A stretch of DNA of 64,000 bases from Dipteris shenzhenensis (lineage: Eukaryota): NCBI GenBank assembly GCA_047967505.1, contig CM106538.1; one strand, 5' to 3'. This document shows positions 25,051-37,532 of the stretch, piece by piece (the first letter of the stretch is position 1; each line of letters opens with the position of its first letter). The notes under the pieces were generated by a model. That model did no database searches. It worked only from the letters and a program-made list of their open reading frames with translations, and had not been told where the DNA came from. The position numbers and the translations under genes were made by a program.

Positions 25051-27876
25051 TAAACTATTCTCTGCTGTAATCCCAACCACTGTCGCCCCATCTTAGCCAT
25101 GTCATATTTCTCTCTTAAACTTCAGTCCACTTTCCTATCTCTTCTCTGCCCCTCTGATCTCCAAACACTATCCGCCCATTCTTAATTTTCAAGCCTGGTG
25201 CCACATCATCACTAATCCCTTAATTATCATGCGGATGATAAAGTGATGCAACTCGCGAAGCCTGAGGAACTCACGCCATGGGTCTGCACTCCCAAAAGTT
25301 TGCATGAAGACATAAATTGGATGCAGACCTACGATCGAACCTCAGTAGCAGTCCAATCTCAAGGACACCTTGCGGCCTACCAGTCCACCACCTACCAACC
25401 CCTTGGAATAATAATCCTCTTTAATAGGGTGCTACAACTCTCCAAGACTCACTCGAGTCCTTGGTGAGCAATTTTGAAACAATTCATGTAGCATACCCTA
25501 AGAAGTAACCGAGGAAGAGGGAAAAAATGCAGTCACCCTCTTTAGTACCACTGCCCATCCTGCAAATATTTAGTTACCGCCTCCCCTAGATCCTGCCCAA
25601 CCAACCAAAAACCTCCCCTCCCTCGGACAACACTGCTCGAGTACTCATCTAATGCCTCTAACACCACCACCACCTAGCACGGACCCTCCTTGTCCATCTC
25701 CTTCATTGCAACACGCTACTCAAAGCAGCACATTTTGTACAAAGCACTGACGCCGCAACTTCTACAGGCCCCACAGCCAGAGCCCATGCTACTTGCAGAT
25801 GACGAAGCTCTGCCATCCCCACCAGTTTCTCCCCTTGAAGATGTTGCTTGGACTTACAGTCCTTCTAAGAGCTACCAGATAGCACACTAATGCACCATTC
25901 GAAGTGCCAGCTCAAGGGCTCCCACCTCCACCTCTATGAAATTCTTGAGGTGCACCCCCTCACATAGTTCATAGTGCAATCATTCGATGACTGGTGCCAC
26001 ATGCATCCCAAATGCATGAGAGAAGGATACAGCCTTGCCTCGATGCCCCACTCTCAGTGATGATTGATGCAGATGTTGGCCTACTGCCAAAGTGGTGGCT
26101 CCCATTCTTAAAGCTGGAGAAATTTTGGCGCTACTACTGCAGTGCGCCCATCAATCATCGAGTCCACCCACTCTACATGCCCATGGAATGATGTTGGACT
26201 TGGGCTGCCTTTTGAGTTCTCCAGCAGTAGGACTAAGTACAACTTTCCCAAAGAAATGATGTAGGAGGGTTTTTGCTTCCACCTGCAGCCATTCAACGAC
26301 ACATACGCTTAGTGCCAAATCTTGCTGTCACCACCGTCGTCCATTTCAACTCCCTCATCCTCTTACTCCTCTGTGATCTTCCCACCCACAACCACCCCAT
26401 CGACGATGACCACATCCACAATGTGAACAACCAAAGTGTCTTCAACGTCGACATCAGTCTCACTCAGTTCCAAGACCTCCACCTCTACCTCCGCGTCCAT
26501 AATCTCCACGTGCATCACCTCCGCACTTACGAGGATATGCCAGCCACACATTTTTGGAAGTACCGCTCGTACCTCACTCGCCTCACGTCAAGGCAGCTGG
26601 ACCGCTATGCCATCCTGTAGTCAGTCCTCACCACCAATGTCCTCCAGCGCAGTTGGATCAACAATAGGAAAGGGGGCATGTTAACATCCACAGAGTACAG
26701 TCACCACAATTGTAGGGCAATCAGTGAGTAAAGGTGACCAGGCCGAATGATCTACTTAACGAACAAGCTCAAGGGATTTTGATACCCAAATACACCAAGA
26801 TCAGTGATTACAAGCAATGTGCACATGGAAGGAGTATAGCTCAAACTCAGGGAGTTCGATCCCCACATACCCAAAATCTACTCCAAAGTCCAAGGATTCA
26901 AGGCACATGTTGTATGTTCCAACTATCGCCGCCCGAAACAAGGAGATGCACACTTCTGGGCCACGTCCAAGAAGCATGAGGAGTGCAACTGCCTTGCAAC
27001 TTTCAGCTCCACATCCACGAAAATAGCCATGCCAACAAAAATAGCCATGACAAGAGTACAGATTAAAGTCAGGAAGTTTGTTCCCCAAATATCATCCCGA
27101 GATAGGGTTACCATTGAGTGTCTCATGGAAGCTGAGCCTCGCCACTCCAAGTTTGAGTCTCATGCATCATGCATGACCACAAACGGGTGAAGGTGTCAGG
27201 GCCCTCAAGGAGTTTGAGCCCCAAATCAACCGAGCCTAAGAGGCATGAGGCTAACACAAGCACTATTTGGGAACCTGGTTAGGACCACCTCCTAATACCA
27301 GGTTTGTCCCAAGCACTTTAATATGGTTAACACAAGGACTATTTCCACTAGTAGGGAGAAATGGTAAGAATAGCAATATGCCTTGGCACCCTACAGGCCC
27401 AAGAGCCCTTGGTTGTAAAGTGAGGGAGAGTGCTAAAAAGGAAAAGGGTTGGCCCTCCCTTCAAAAAGTGACATGTATAAAAGAGCAAATGGTTCATTTT
27501 GGTCTTCATTGTTGTTTGCACCAAGTTGAATACAAGCTCCCTCTTCTCTTCCAAGAGAGTATTTTGGGTGTTCTCTTGTTTCTTCATAGTGCCTTTGTGG
27601 TTGTCACTCTATCCCCCTTCACTCCCTTCTCCTTCTTTCCTTCCTCCTCCCTCCTTCTCCCCTCCTTCTCCCCTCCTTCTCCCTCTCCCCTCCCCTCTTC
27701 CTCTTCCCCCTTTCTTGCGTGAAACCACATTGCAACAATGTGGAGGCCGCTTGCGTGACACTTGCGAATGATTCATGCTATGCATTGCTCCCACAAGGAG
27801 TAGCTAGGAGTGGAGACTCCGTTGGCATATCTTCAACTACCCCATGACACGTGAGTCACCATTGAGACCCACCATA

Positions 27877-29038
27877 TAGGCATAAAGCCATAATCCCTAT
27901 GGACATCTTGTAGCAAGTAGAAGGATTACAACTTTACCCTAATGGCCCACAACTCCTTGCTCACTGATAAGCTAGAAGTCAAGCATAAAGGCTAAGCCAT
28001 AATTCCCATGAAATTTACAATATGTAAGACAATGTTATTTTAAATTACTTGAATGATTTCCACCTAGCTCTAATGCCCTAAAACCCCTAGCTCATTGCTA
28101 AGCTAGAAGTTAGGAATAAAAAACAAGCCATAACCTCATGGAAATATTGCACCATGTACATCGTGTTTTTGTCAATATTTCACCCAAAATATTTATTTTA
28201 ATAAAGCCCAACCCATAATCCCATGGAGATATTGTAGCAAGTAGAAGGATTGCAACTTTACCCTAATGCCCCATAACTCCCAGCTCATTGATAAGCTAGA
28301 AGTCAAGCATGAAGGTGAGAGATTGTAGCAAGTAGAAGGATTGCAACTTTACCCTATGCCCTACAACACCTAGCTCCAACCCCTAGCTCATTGATAAGCT
28401 AGAAGTCAGGCATAAAGGCCAAGCCATAACCCCCATTGAAAGATTGCATTATGTAAGGCAAATGTATTTTAAATACTTGAAGTGAATGAAGCTTTGGCCT
28501 TGATGCCCCACAACTCAAAGCTCATTATTGAACCAAAAGCTAGGCATAAAGGCTGAGCTATAATTTGCTTTGTAAGTGTTGCCATAAGTATTTTCTCTCA
28601 TTCTAACTCGTTGGGTTTTAGCATTTCATCTTAAAGGATCAAGTGTACGACATCATTGGAGTTATTAAACACTACATTGAAAATCCTCTTCTACTTCAGA
28701 ATGTATGTTTAAGAAAAATAGATTTACAATTGAAAAAAGATACAAGCTATTTCAAGCAATCAATAAATCTCAATCTTTCAATCGTAAACCTAGATTTCAT
28801 TATCTATACCCTTAGAAAATATATTTCTTATTGTTCTAGTGATAACTACCATGTAATGATTACATCGTGTAAGATTGGAATACTTAAAGGGATTACAACT
28901 TGTCCCTGATGACCCACAACTATTAGCTCATTAGTAAGCGAGAAACTAAGCATGAAGGCTAAGAAACCATTATCCACAAGAAAGTCAAAGTATGTACAAG
29001 AAGCTTGCATGAAGTGATTGCAATTTGACTCTAACTAT

Positions 29039-29096
<58 letters not shown>

Positions 29097-29260
29097 ATTT
29101 CTAAATAAATCCCTCCCATAAAACTTGCACTGATTTGAGTTTTAAAAAACTTATTATAGCGATTACTTATTATAGTTCTCTTTTACATTATGAGATATTG
29201 CATCATATAGATCATGTTTTTGTCATCCTTTCACCCAAGATATATTTCATTCCCATAAGA
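27877..29260. repeat. Degenerate tandem array, right half, including (AG)n at ~29041-29094
   Basis: Same core as 15270-16357. The unit interrupted at 16357 resumes after the TAGGC TSD. Confidence 0.9.
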
Positions 29261-31523
29261 CAACTGAAACCAAGGCATTTTCTCTTCCAAATATTCTAAG
29301 AGATTCATAAATTGTGTGTAGAACAATCAAATGAAGGGACATCTGTGCATGTTTGTGTGTGTTTTGCCTATTAATCCTCCCTGTCTCTTCTCTCTTGCTT
29401 ATTTTCCTTTTCTCTCCTGTTTTCTAATCCTCCACTTCAATCCCACTTTTTCATATCATTTCATGCATCCAACTTCCCTTCCCTATTTCCATTCATTGCT
29501 TCTATCTTGGAGTTTAGAGCAGTAATGGCAAGTATTTGGGAAGTTCTAATCCTCCTTTTCCTTATACATCTTGTGGGGGTTAAAGGTCATTGTGCCTTTA
29601 CCCCGATTATGTACAATACTGTGATGCCAAAAATTGATATTTTTAACTTGGCATTGATATTGTTTTTCTCTATGTTTGATAAGAGTTTGAGTATCAAGTG
29701 ATAGCCTAGCGGCTCTCACTTATTTCTATTTTCTATGATATTGTATGGGATGGAGAGGATGAGTGGAATGGCTCATTGTAAATACCATAGGTATGAATTA
29801 TAAATACCTTGGTATGGGGTGAGAGTTATTTGTGTATGGGATATTATGGAGTTTTTAGAAAATAGGAAGAGTGAGTCATATAAAGTGGTGGGCTCATGTC
29901 CATGTGTTCCAATAATATAAGAGAGGCCACATGCCAAGCATGTGGAAGGCATGTGGAGGAGTGTGAAGTCAAGAGGAATCCTTCTAGAACTCCTATGTGG
30001 AATAAGGAGGATGTGGACATGTGGAAAAGAGAGGGTCCCTATGGGCTCCATGTGGGGAGACTCTTGACTTTCTCAATATTTTAAGAGTCTTGAGCACCTT
30101 TTGATGGGACACATGGCAAGAGTAGCCAAAAAGGACATGGACGGTGACATACGTGCTTATGTGATTGATGGGGAAAGGAATCTACAGGTAGCAATTGTAA
30201 ATGGGTGAAGGAGGGTAACAAAATCTCTATAAAAGGAGCCCTCCTCTCCCTTGTTCATCAGAATCTCTTCCACCATTGGGCCTTATATTGCTGTAGTTCT
30301 AGTCTCCGCAAGCCTCTTCCATGAGCCTTCTCTTCCTCTTGTAGATATTCTCTTATGTAGACTCTTGAGTCCTTCTCTCTCTAGTTTATTCTCTCTCTAT
30401 GAGTAGCCTTGGAGCTTCTGCTCCCTCTTGTATGTATGAAACCTCTTCTTCTCCCTTGTGTTTGTAGTGTTGAGGTGGATTCTCACTCTATTTGTAATGA
30501 AGGTCACTTCAGGTTCTCTCTCTCTCTTGAGTGTCTCTTCCCTTTTCTTTCTTTCAAAGCCTTAAAAGTTCTTTCTATTCGGCTGCTCACTGTGCACACA
30601 TGGTCCATTTGTTTCCCGAGCCACTATGCAAACTTCTTCCCCTCTTCTAGGCAAAATCTATGAGGGGTGGATCGTTGATGAAGGTAGAGTCTTGAGGGAG
30701 CATCCTACTCAAGCGAAATTAGCTTGTTAGTTTTCATGATAGTTTGACCCCCTATTAGTGTTTTGCTCATAACTTTCTGCTATTGTAATGAAATTTATAT
30801 CAGCGCGAAGCTCTCTTCAAGGCGCATGTTCCTATATAATCAGATCTTAAATCAGATACTGTTGCAAAAAGTTATGAGTCTCTGTGTTTGATAGTCTGTT
30901 TTCATGACAGTTTTTACCCCCTTCCAGTAACCCTAGAAGAGGCATGTGTTTTGATGAGATAAAGAAGATGCTTGGAAGAACTCCATTAGAAGAGATTGCA
31001 ACCCGTTTAATAAGACTTGAAGATTGTGAAGGTGATGCTCAAGCTATTCGCATAGTCACCATGATCATATCCTTTATGTTTGCACTCTTGAATATGTTGG
31101 TGAATTGACAATGCCGTCAGCAGGCACAATGATAGATTGGGGATTGTTCCATGCACTGGCAGCTTGGTGTAAAGAAGAGTTGAGTCTTTGGGTAGTTTTC
31201 GACTATAACAGTGGAGTGGTGATTCTTAATGCTTTCAACTTCTTTTGCTATGCAAATGATGAAGATTACAATATCTTGAAGCTTTTATGTGCACTTCCTA
31301 TTGTGAGAAGGGTGATTCTAGAATGCATGTATACACAATGTTTTCATGGTGCTGGTTGGTCACTTATTTTTGAAGATTTTGTTGAGGATCACATTGTGGA
31401 GGGTTTTCAACAAGTGGTTATGCATAATAAGTTGGTCTTGGTATACTAAGGCTCTGTGGGATCTTGTTCGGATCTTGTTTGGGATATTATTTCGATCTTG
31501 GTGTTTTCTTTTTGTGTTTCATC

Positions 31524-32913
31524 ATGGTGAAGATTCCAGTGTTTCGAGGGACCCAAGGGGAAGACCCGGAGTCTTATCTTCGGGATTTTGTTCAAGGATG
31601 CCGGCTTTCTGGATGGTCCATGAAGGATCGGGCGGAGATTTTGCCTGATTTTCTTGAAGGTATAGCCTTGAGTTGGCATGAGACCTTGCCGGACTCTACC
31701 AAGGAGGACTGGGACCAAGTGGTGGCAGCAATGAAGCAGAGATTTGGGGCAGTGGAGTTGCCAAATGCTTTGATGTTGCAGTTGGACCGGTTCTATCAAG
31801 GAGAGGGTGATTTGGTCTCTGTGTTGGCAATCCGATATAAAACTTTATGGACAAAGTATGAAAGGGCAGCTTTGTGAGCTATGGCATCTGCATCATCGGC
31901 CCCTCAAAGTCTCTCAGGGATGGAGCACTTAAAGATGAGCAAATTTGTTATGGCTTTGGAGCCTCGTCTTCGCTCAAAGGTAATGAGTAAAGATCCAACA
32001 ACATACGTGGAGGCACTTCGCATTGCGACCAAGAAAGAAGCTTCTCTAAAGATCGAATCCTCTTTTGTGTCTTCAACAGCTTCAACTTCTAAGGTGGAGG
32101 TAATGGGCACTCCTCAAGTACCAAAATCCTCTGAGTTAAATCATAATATCTCCCAATTGATGGCAGAGTTTGCTGATTTGAAATTGCATTTGGTTAATGC
32201 ACGACAACCTAGAGCACCAAAGAGTGAAGATAGGCCTCAAGATAGGAGTGGGGTCACTTGCTATGAATGTAATGAAAAAGGTCACTATCGCCCCGAGTGT
32301 CCTAGATTGAGAAAGAAAGAAGAAAAACAAGTATCCTTGTTAGAAGCTTCTTCAGGGGATGAGGAAAGAGAGGTAATGATGGCTAAACGGGGGCGTGGTA
32401 AACCAAAAGAAGAAGAAGAAAGCAAGGAAGAAGTAGATGAGGAACATCAGGAAGAGGAACACCGTAGTAAGAAAAAGAAGGCATCTAGAAGGAGAATTAG
32501 CCGGTCAGACTTTCCTTTAGGACAAGGAATTGGAAGCTATGACTTGTTGTCCGACCTTAAAGAAAAGGAAGCTCATATCACCTTTGGTCAATTACTTGCT
32601 TTGTCTCCAAAACTACGGAAGGAATGGGGAAAACTAGCAAGCACAAGGGTGTCAAAGAAGAAAAAGAAGAAAAGTGCCAATCCTGTTGTTCAAAAGGTAG
32701 ATATAGATGTTGGTGATGATGTACCTATGGTTGATGTGATCATTGATGGTCAAGTGATTTCTAATGTGTACATTGATGGAGGTGCATGGATTAATGTCAT
32801 GAGTGAGAAGACCATGATTGATGCTGATTTAAAATACTCTAGTACTACCTCTCCTTATCGCATCAAATTGGCTGACAACACTAGGGTTAAGACCTTGGGA
32901 GTTGTGAAGAATC
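31524..32913 (+). pseudogene. gag: Gypsy Gag plus protease N-terminal half
   Basis: MVKIPVFRGTQGEDPESYL; zinc knuckle CYECNEKGHYRPEC; ITFGQLLALSP; VYIDGGAWINVMS. One in-frame stop at 31875. Interrupted by the Copia insertion. Confidence 0.92.
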
Positions 32914-33168
32914 TATAAAGAATAAGGGAGAGAGATAGGAGACTCAAGTTCAGCTTTCTTCACAACACACAAAAGAGAGAGGACACAAGGTTGGAGGGTG
33001 AAGCCTTTCTTCACTTTTGCACACAACAACAATACAATAGAAGAGGGAAATACCCTATATGTCAAACCCTAGAATACGTGGTTCATATGTGAACCCAAAC
33101 CAAAAACATGCGTGGTAGTCTAACTACACCACGAGTACAACTAACATAGGCGGTGACATAAATGATAG

Positions 33169-36100
33169 TCATCCAAGAGATATATCGGGGGTAGAGCTTG
33201 ATATCTCAACACTCCCCCTCAAGCTCAAATCCATCTCACGTACACCAAGCAAGCTCCTAAATCTGCGAAGCTTCTCGGTACCCAATGCCTTCGTAAAAAT
33301 ATCAGCCACCTGCTCCTCAGTGCTGACATAGACAAGATCAATCTCACCAGCTAGAACCTTCTCTCTCACAAAGTGATAATGCACCTCAATGTGCTTCGTT
33401 CTAGCATGATAAACTGGGTTATTAGCAAGCATGATGCTGCTAATGTTGTCACAATGAATGACAACTGCTGCATGAATTGACTGTCCCATATCTGCAAGTA
33501 GCTTCCGTAACCAAGCTACCTCACATACAGCCATTGCTGCACCCCTGTACTCAGCCTCTGTGCTCGACAAGGCAACTGTTGGCTGCTTCTTGCTACTCCA
33601 ACTGATGGCACCACTCCCAAGGGAAAACATAAAACCACTAGTAGATCTCCTGTCTGAGACACTACTAGCCCAGTCAGCATCTGTGTATCCATGTACCTGT
33701 AATGCACACCCAGCTTCATAAAACAGTCCATAATGCAATGTGGACTTCACATACTGTAGTATGCGCCTAGCCGCATCCAAATGTGGCTTCCTCGGTGCCT
33801 GCATAAACTGACTCACCAGCCCCACAGCATAGCTCAAATCTAGTCTGGTTATAGTCATGTAAATCAAGCTACCTACTATGCGCCTGTACATAGTAATATC
33901 TTCAAGAAGCTCACCTGTCTCTGCATTGAGCTTCACATTCTGCTCCAATGGAACAGAGATAGGCTTACAGCCTGTCATCCCATATTTGGACAGCATGTCC
34001 AAACCGTATTGCCTCTGCAACAGCCATATCCCACTCGGGGATCTAATAACCTCAATGCCCAAGAAGTAACGCAGCTCTCCCAAATCCTTCATCTCAAATT
34101 TTTGCTTCAACAGCAGCTTCACTTCATTAATGTCTGCATCACTATCACCTGTAATAATCAAGTCATCAACATAGATGACTACAAGCACAATCCCTCTGTT
34201 TGTCCTTTTCACATAAAGTGAAAAATCTGAATTGGAAATCTGAAATCCAATAGTGACAAGATATTGCCCTATCTTGTCTGACCATGCCCTCGGTGCCTGT
34301 TTTAAGCCATACAAGGCTTTGCGCAACCTGCATACAAAATCGGGGTGTGAATTATCCTCATAACGTTCTGGCTGCATCATATAAACCTCTTCCTGCAAAT
34401 CACCATGCAAGAAGGCATTTTTCACATCCATCTGATGCAAAGACCATCCCTTTGCAACAGCCATAGCAATTACTGCTCTCACGGTTGCCATCCTTGCAAC
34501 TGGGCTGAAAGTTTCCTCATAGTCAATTCCATATGTCTGCGCAAAACCTTTGGCAACCAATCTTGCCTTGTACCTGCTAACAGACCCATCAGCATTGTGC
34601 TTTACTTTGTAAACCCACTTGCAGCCAATAGCCTTCTTATCATGAGGCAAAGGCATCAAATCCCAAGTGTGGTTTGCATCCAAGGCAGCCATCTCTTCAT
34701 CCATAGCTGCTTCCCAATTTTTATGCCCTGCTGCATCCTCAAAACATGTGGGCTCTGGCTCCTCTAGAACCTTGACCATATAAGCATAGTGATGTGCTGT
34801 ATACCCATCATATCTCAGCCTGTCAACTGGATACTTAATACGAGTGGACCTCCGTACAACTGGATCAGTTGCAGGAGTCTTTAAATCATGCCTGCTTTTC
34901 CTTGCACCAGGTGTAACAACAGAATGAATCCCAAGTTCCTCATCAAGGCTCATTTCAGAGCCGCTTGACTCTCCATCAACATGAGAGCTACCAGCAGACA
35001 CATCAAACACTGGAGCATGGTCTACTTTTTCTTTTCCCTTATGTGATACCTGCACAACACTATCAGGGCTGCCATGTGACGATTCACTAGATCTCAATCT
35101 CCTTGTCCATGCATTAGATCCACTAGTAGATGACTCTCTGGGTCCACTCAAGGCTTGAGATTGCTGCTCTGCATTTATTGCAACATTCCCATTTCCTGCA
35201 TCTGCATCTCCTACCATAACAGTTGGTGCATACCAGCTGCTCATTTCATCAAAAACAACATCTCTGCTCACTTGCATTTTGCGGGTGGAAGGGTTATAAC
35301 AGCGATACCCTTTCTGGTGCAGAGCATATCCAATAAAGATGCATTTTTCTACCTTTGGATCCAGCTTTGTTCTCTTCTCATCAGGAACATGAACATAAGC
35401 TATGCAACCAAATACCTTCAAGTGAGAAATATCTGGTTTTTGGCCTATATACATTTCTTCAGGCGTCATGCCATGGACAGCTGCAGTGGGGGTTCTGTTC
35501 ATAATATAAACAGCAGTTGCTACTGCTTCAGCCCAAAAATAATCAGGCATGTTTTTCTCATTTAGGATCGCCCGTCCTACTTCTGCAATATGCATGTTCT
35601 TCCTTTCTGCAACCCCATTCTGCTGAGGGGTAGACCTGCATGAGTACTTCCTTTGAATTCCCTGTTCTTTCATATATTCACAAAATTCTTCTGAAAAGTA
35701 CTCTCCCCCTCCATCAGATCTTAGCACTTTAATATGCACACCTTTCTCTTTTTCAACCATGGCCTTAAAAGCCTTGAAATGGCTGAACACTTCACTTTTG
35801 TGCTTCATAAAATAAATCCACACCTTCCTAGTGTAGTCATCAATAAACGTCACATAATAATGGCATCCACCAATAGAAGCAGCTTTGGTTGTCCAAACAT
35901 CTGAATGGATCACTTCCAAAGGTCTTCTACTCACCTTAGCATTTTTGGGAAATGCATGTCTGGCCTGCTTACCCATTTGGCATGCTTTACATACCTTTTG
36001 CATTCCCTCAACTCTGAATTTAGGCAAACCTACAACAATGTTTTTCGTTTGCATAGATTTCAGCCTTTGTATATTCACGTGCCCAATGCGCTTGTGCCAT

Positions 36101-36966
36101 ATCTCAATATCTGCAATGACACCTCTCCCATGCGCAAACATAGCAGCTTTCACCTCAAGCATATCAACATCCAAGGTGAACATTCTGCCATTTTTGTTGC
36201 CTTTTGCAACCAAGCGGCACTTATTTTTCAAGTCCTCAACAAAGCATCCATCAGGATTAAATCTAACCTGCAGACCTTGCTCAACCATCTGGCCAACTGA
36301 AACCAGGTTCTTAGTGATTTTTGGAACATGAAGTACATCTGCCAAGTACTTCGTTTTGCCATCCTGCATAGCCAATGGCACTTTACCAACCTGTGTAATT
36401 GGGTGCGCAGTATCATCACCTGTTTCAACATAACCTGGCTTATCCAAATTTCTAACATCATGAAACCACTCACCATAACTGGTCATGTGGTTAGAGGCAC
36501 CTGAATCAACATACCAAACATCATTGCAAGCTGCAGCATCTCCTGACATGGAGTTAACCATATGCTGCATCACAAAAAGGTGCTCATTTCTGTCGTCACC
36601 ATGCCCACTTGATGATGCATAGTTGCTTTGCTTCCCACTTTTGATGTCATTCTGCTTTTTATAGCATGTATTCTCCTTGTGTCCAGGCTTTCCACAATAA
36701 TAGCATTCTGTGCTGCTATTTACTTGCTGGTTCCTTTGCCATGAACCACGGCCTCTTTGGCTCCCCCTGCCTCTAGAACTACCACGTCCTCCTCCATAGG
36801 ACTGGTTTTCCTGTTGTTGCTGTTGGTTCTGATTTCCTACATGGCCACCAAAACGGCCTCTTCCTCTACCCCTGCCTCTACCTGTATTCGAGTAGAAATT
36901 CGAGTAGAAAGCAGTCTCTTGAGAAGTTGAGGTGGCTGAACCACCATTCCTTTGCTCTTCACTCAC
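33169..36966 (-). CDS. pol: Copia polyprotein, open 1265 aa: zinc knuckle-protease-integrase-RT-RNase H
   Basis: CYYCGKPGHKENTC; WYVDSGASNHMT; WHKRIGH; HSDVW; RSDGGGEY; PQQNGVAER; QMDVKNAFLHG; YGLKQAPRAW; YVDDL; DADWA; RTKHIEVHYHF. The ORF reads into the 3' LTR. Confidence 0.95.
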   Translation of the reverse strand: MSEEQRNGGSATSTSQETAFYSNFYSNTGRGRGRGRGRFGGHVGNQNQQQQQENQSYGGGRGSSRGRGSQRGRGSWQRNQQVNSSTECYYCGKPGHKENTCYKKQNDIKSGKQSNYASSSGHGDDRNEHLFVMQHMVNSMSGDAAACNDVWYVDSGASNHMTSYGEWFHDVRNLDKPGYVETGDDTAHPITQVGKVPLAMQDGKTKYLADVLHVPKITKNLVSVGQMVEQGLQVRFNPDGCFVEDLKNKCRLVAKGNKNGRMFTLDVDMLEVKAAMFAHGRGVIADIEIWHKRIGHVNIQRLKSMQTKNIVVGLPKFRVEGMQKVCKACQMGKQARHAFPKNAKVSRRPLEVIHSDVWTTKAASIGGCHYYVTFIDDYTRKVWIYFMKHKSEVFSHFKAFKAMVEKEKGVHIKVLRSDGGGEYFSEEFCEYMKEQGIQRKYSCRSTPQQNGVAERKNMHIAEVGRAILNEKNMPDYFWAEAVATAVYIMNRTPTAAVHGMTPEEMYIGQKPDISHLKVFGCIAYVHVPDEKRTKLDPKVEKCIFIGYALHQKGYRCYNPSTRKMQVSRDVVFDEMSSWYAPTVMVGDADAGNGNVAINAEQQSQALSGPRESSTSGSNAWTRRLRSSESSHGSPDSVVQVSHKGKEKVDHAPVFDVSAGSSHVDGESSGSEMSLDEELGIHSVVTPGARKSRHDLKTPATDPVVRRSTRIKYPVDRLRYDGYTAHHYAYMVKVLEEPEPTCFEDAAGHKNWEAAMDEEMAALDANHTWDLMPLPHDKKAIGCKWVYKVKHNADGSVSRYKARLVAKGFAQTYGIDYEETFSPVARMATVRAVIAMAVAKGWSLHQMDVKNAFLHGDLQEEVYMMQPERYEDNSHPDFVCRLRKALYGLKQAPRAWSDKIGQYLVTIGFQISNSDFSLYVKRTNRGIVLVVIYVDDLIITGDSDADINEVKLLLKQKFEMKDLGELRYFLGIEVIRSPSGIWLLQRQYGLDMLSKYGMTGCKPISVPLEQNVKLNAETGELLEDITMYRRIVGSLIYMTITRLDLSYAVGLVSQFMQAPRKPHLDAARRILQYVKSTLHYGLFYEAGCALQVHGYTDADWASSVSDRRSTSGFMFSLGSGAISWSSKKQPTVALSSTEAEYRGAAMAVCEVAWLRKLLADMGQSIHAAVVIHCDNISSIMLANNPVYHARTKHIEVHYHFVREKVLAGEIDLVYVSTEEQVADIFTKALGTEKLRRFRSLLGVREMDLSLRGSVEISSSTPDISLG

Positions 36967-37532
36967 AGCAAGAGAGCAATAAGTTCCTGAAAATCAGGAA
37001 ATGTTTCACGGACTCCAATGGATGTCCGAAACTGTGCATAATCTTTCCCAAGACCATTCAAGGTCACGGACACTAAGTCCTCATCATCAACAGGTGCTCC
37101 AATGGAGGCAAGAGAATCTGCAAGGCCTTTCACCTTCAAGGAATACTCATTGATATTCAGATTTTTCCTTTGCACATTGTGCAACTCCTGCTTTAGCTGC
37201 ATCTTTCGTGCTTTGGTATTTGTGCTATACAGCTTCACCAATGTATCCCATGCCTCCTTAGGCATCTATACATCCTGTATATGCACAATCATAGAATCTG
37301 AAATGCTAACAGATAGCCAATACAGGCATTTTCTGGCTTTTTCATGCCATTCTTTAAAGGCCTTCAATTCAGCAAGAGTGGGAGCAGCACCCAAAACTGG
37401 TTCTGCAGTTTCACCACTGATGTACTCCCAAACTCCCTTTCCCATAAGGAAGTTTTTCATCCTGAACTTCCATGCTTGGAAGTTGTTCTTGTCAAGCTTC
37501 TCACTAACAATGGTAGACAGATTCTCAGACAT
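36963..37532 (-). pseudogene. gag: Copia Gag N-terminal part (one stop, one frameshift into pol)
   Basis: MSENLSTIVSEKLDKNNFQAWKFRM...IQDV*MPKEAWDTL...TLNGLGKDYAQF. Frameshift at ~36965. Confidence 0.9.

Larger units (their letters stand above)
16358..27876 (+). mobile_element. Ty3/Gypsy non-chromovirus (Athila-like) LTR retrotransposon, decayed, gag region deleted
   Basis: LTRs 16358-17501 and 26679-27876. TSD TAGGC at 16353-16357 and 27877-27881. PBS-like TGGCACTCTTGTTGGGGA at 17506-17523 resembles the Athila tRNA-Asp-type PBS. PPT AGGAAAGGGGG precedes 26679. Confidence 0.92.

Noticed and set aside
15270-29260. CRISPR-like array (palindromic repeats with intervening sequence)
   Set aside because: Repeats are ~85 bp and diverged, linkers recur rather than being unique spacers, there are no cas genes, and the context is eukaryotic.
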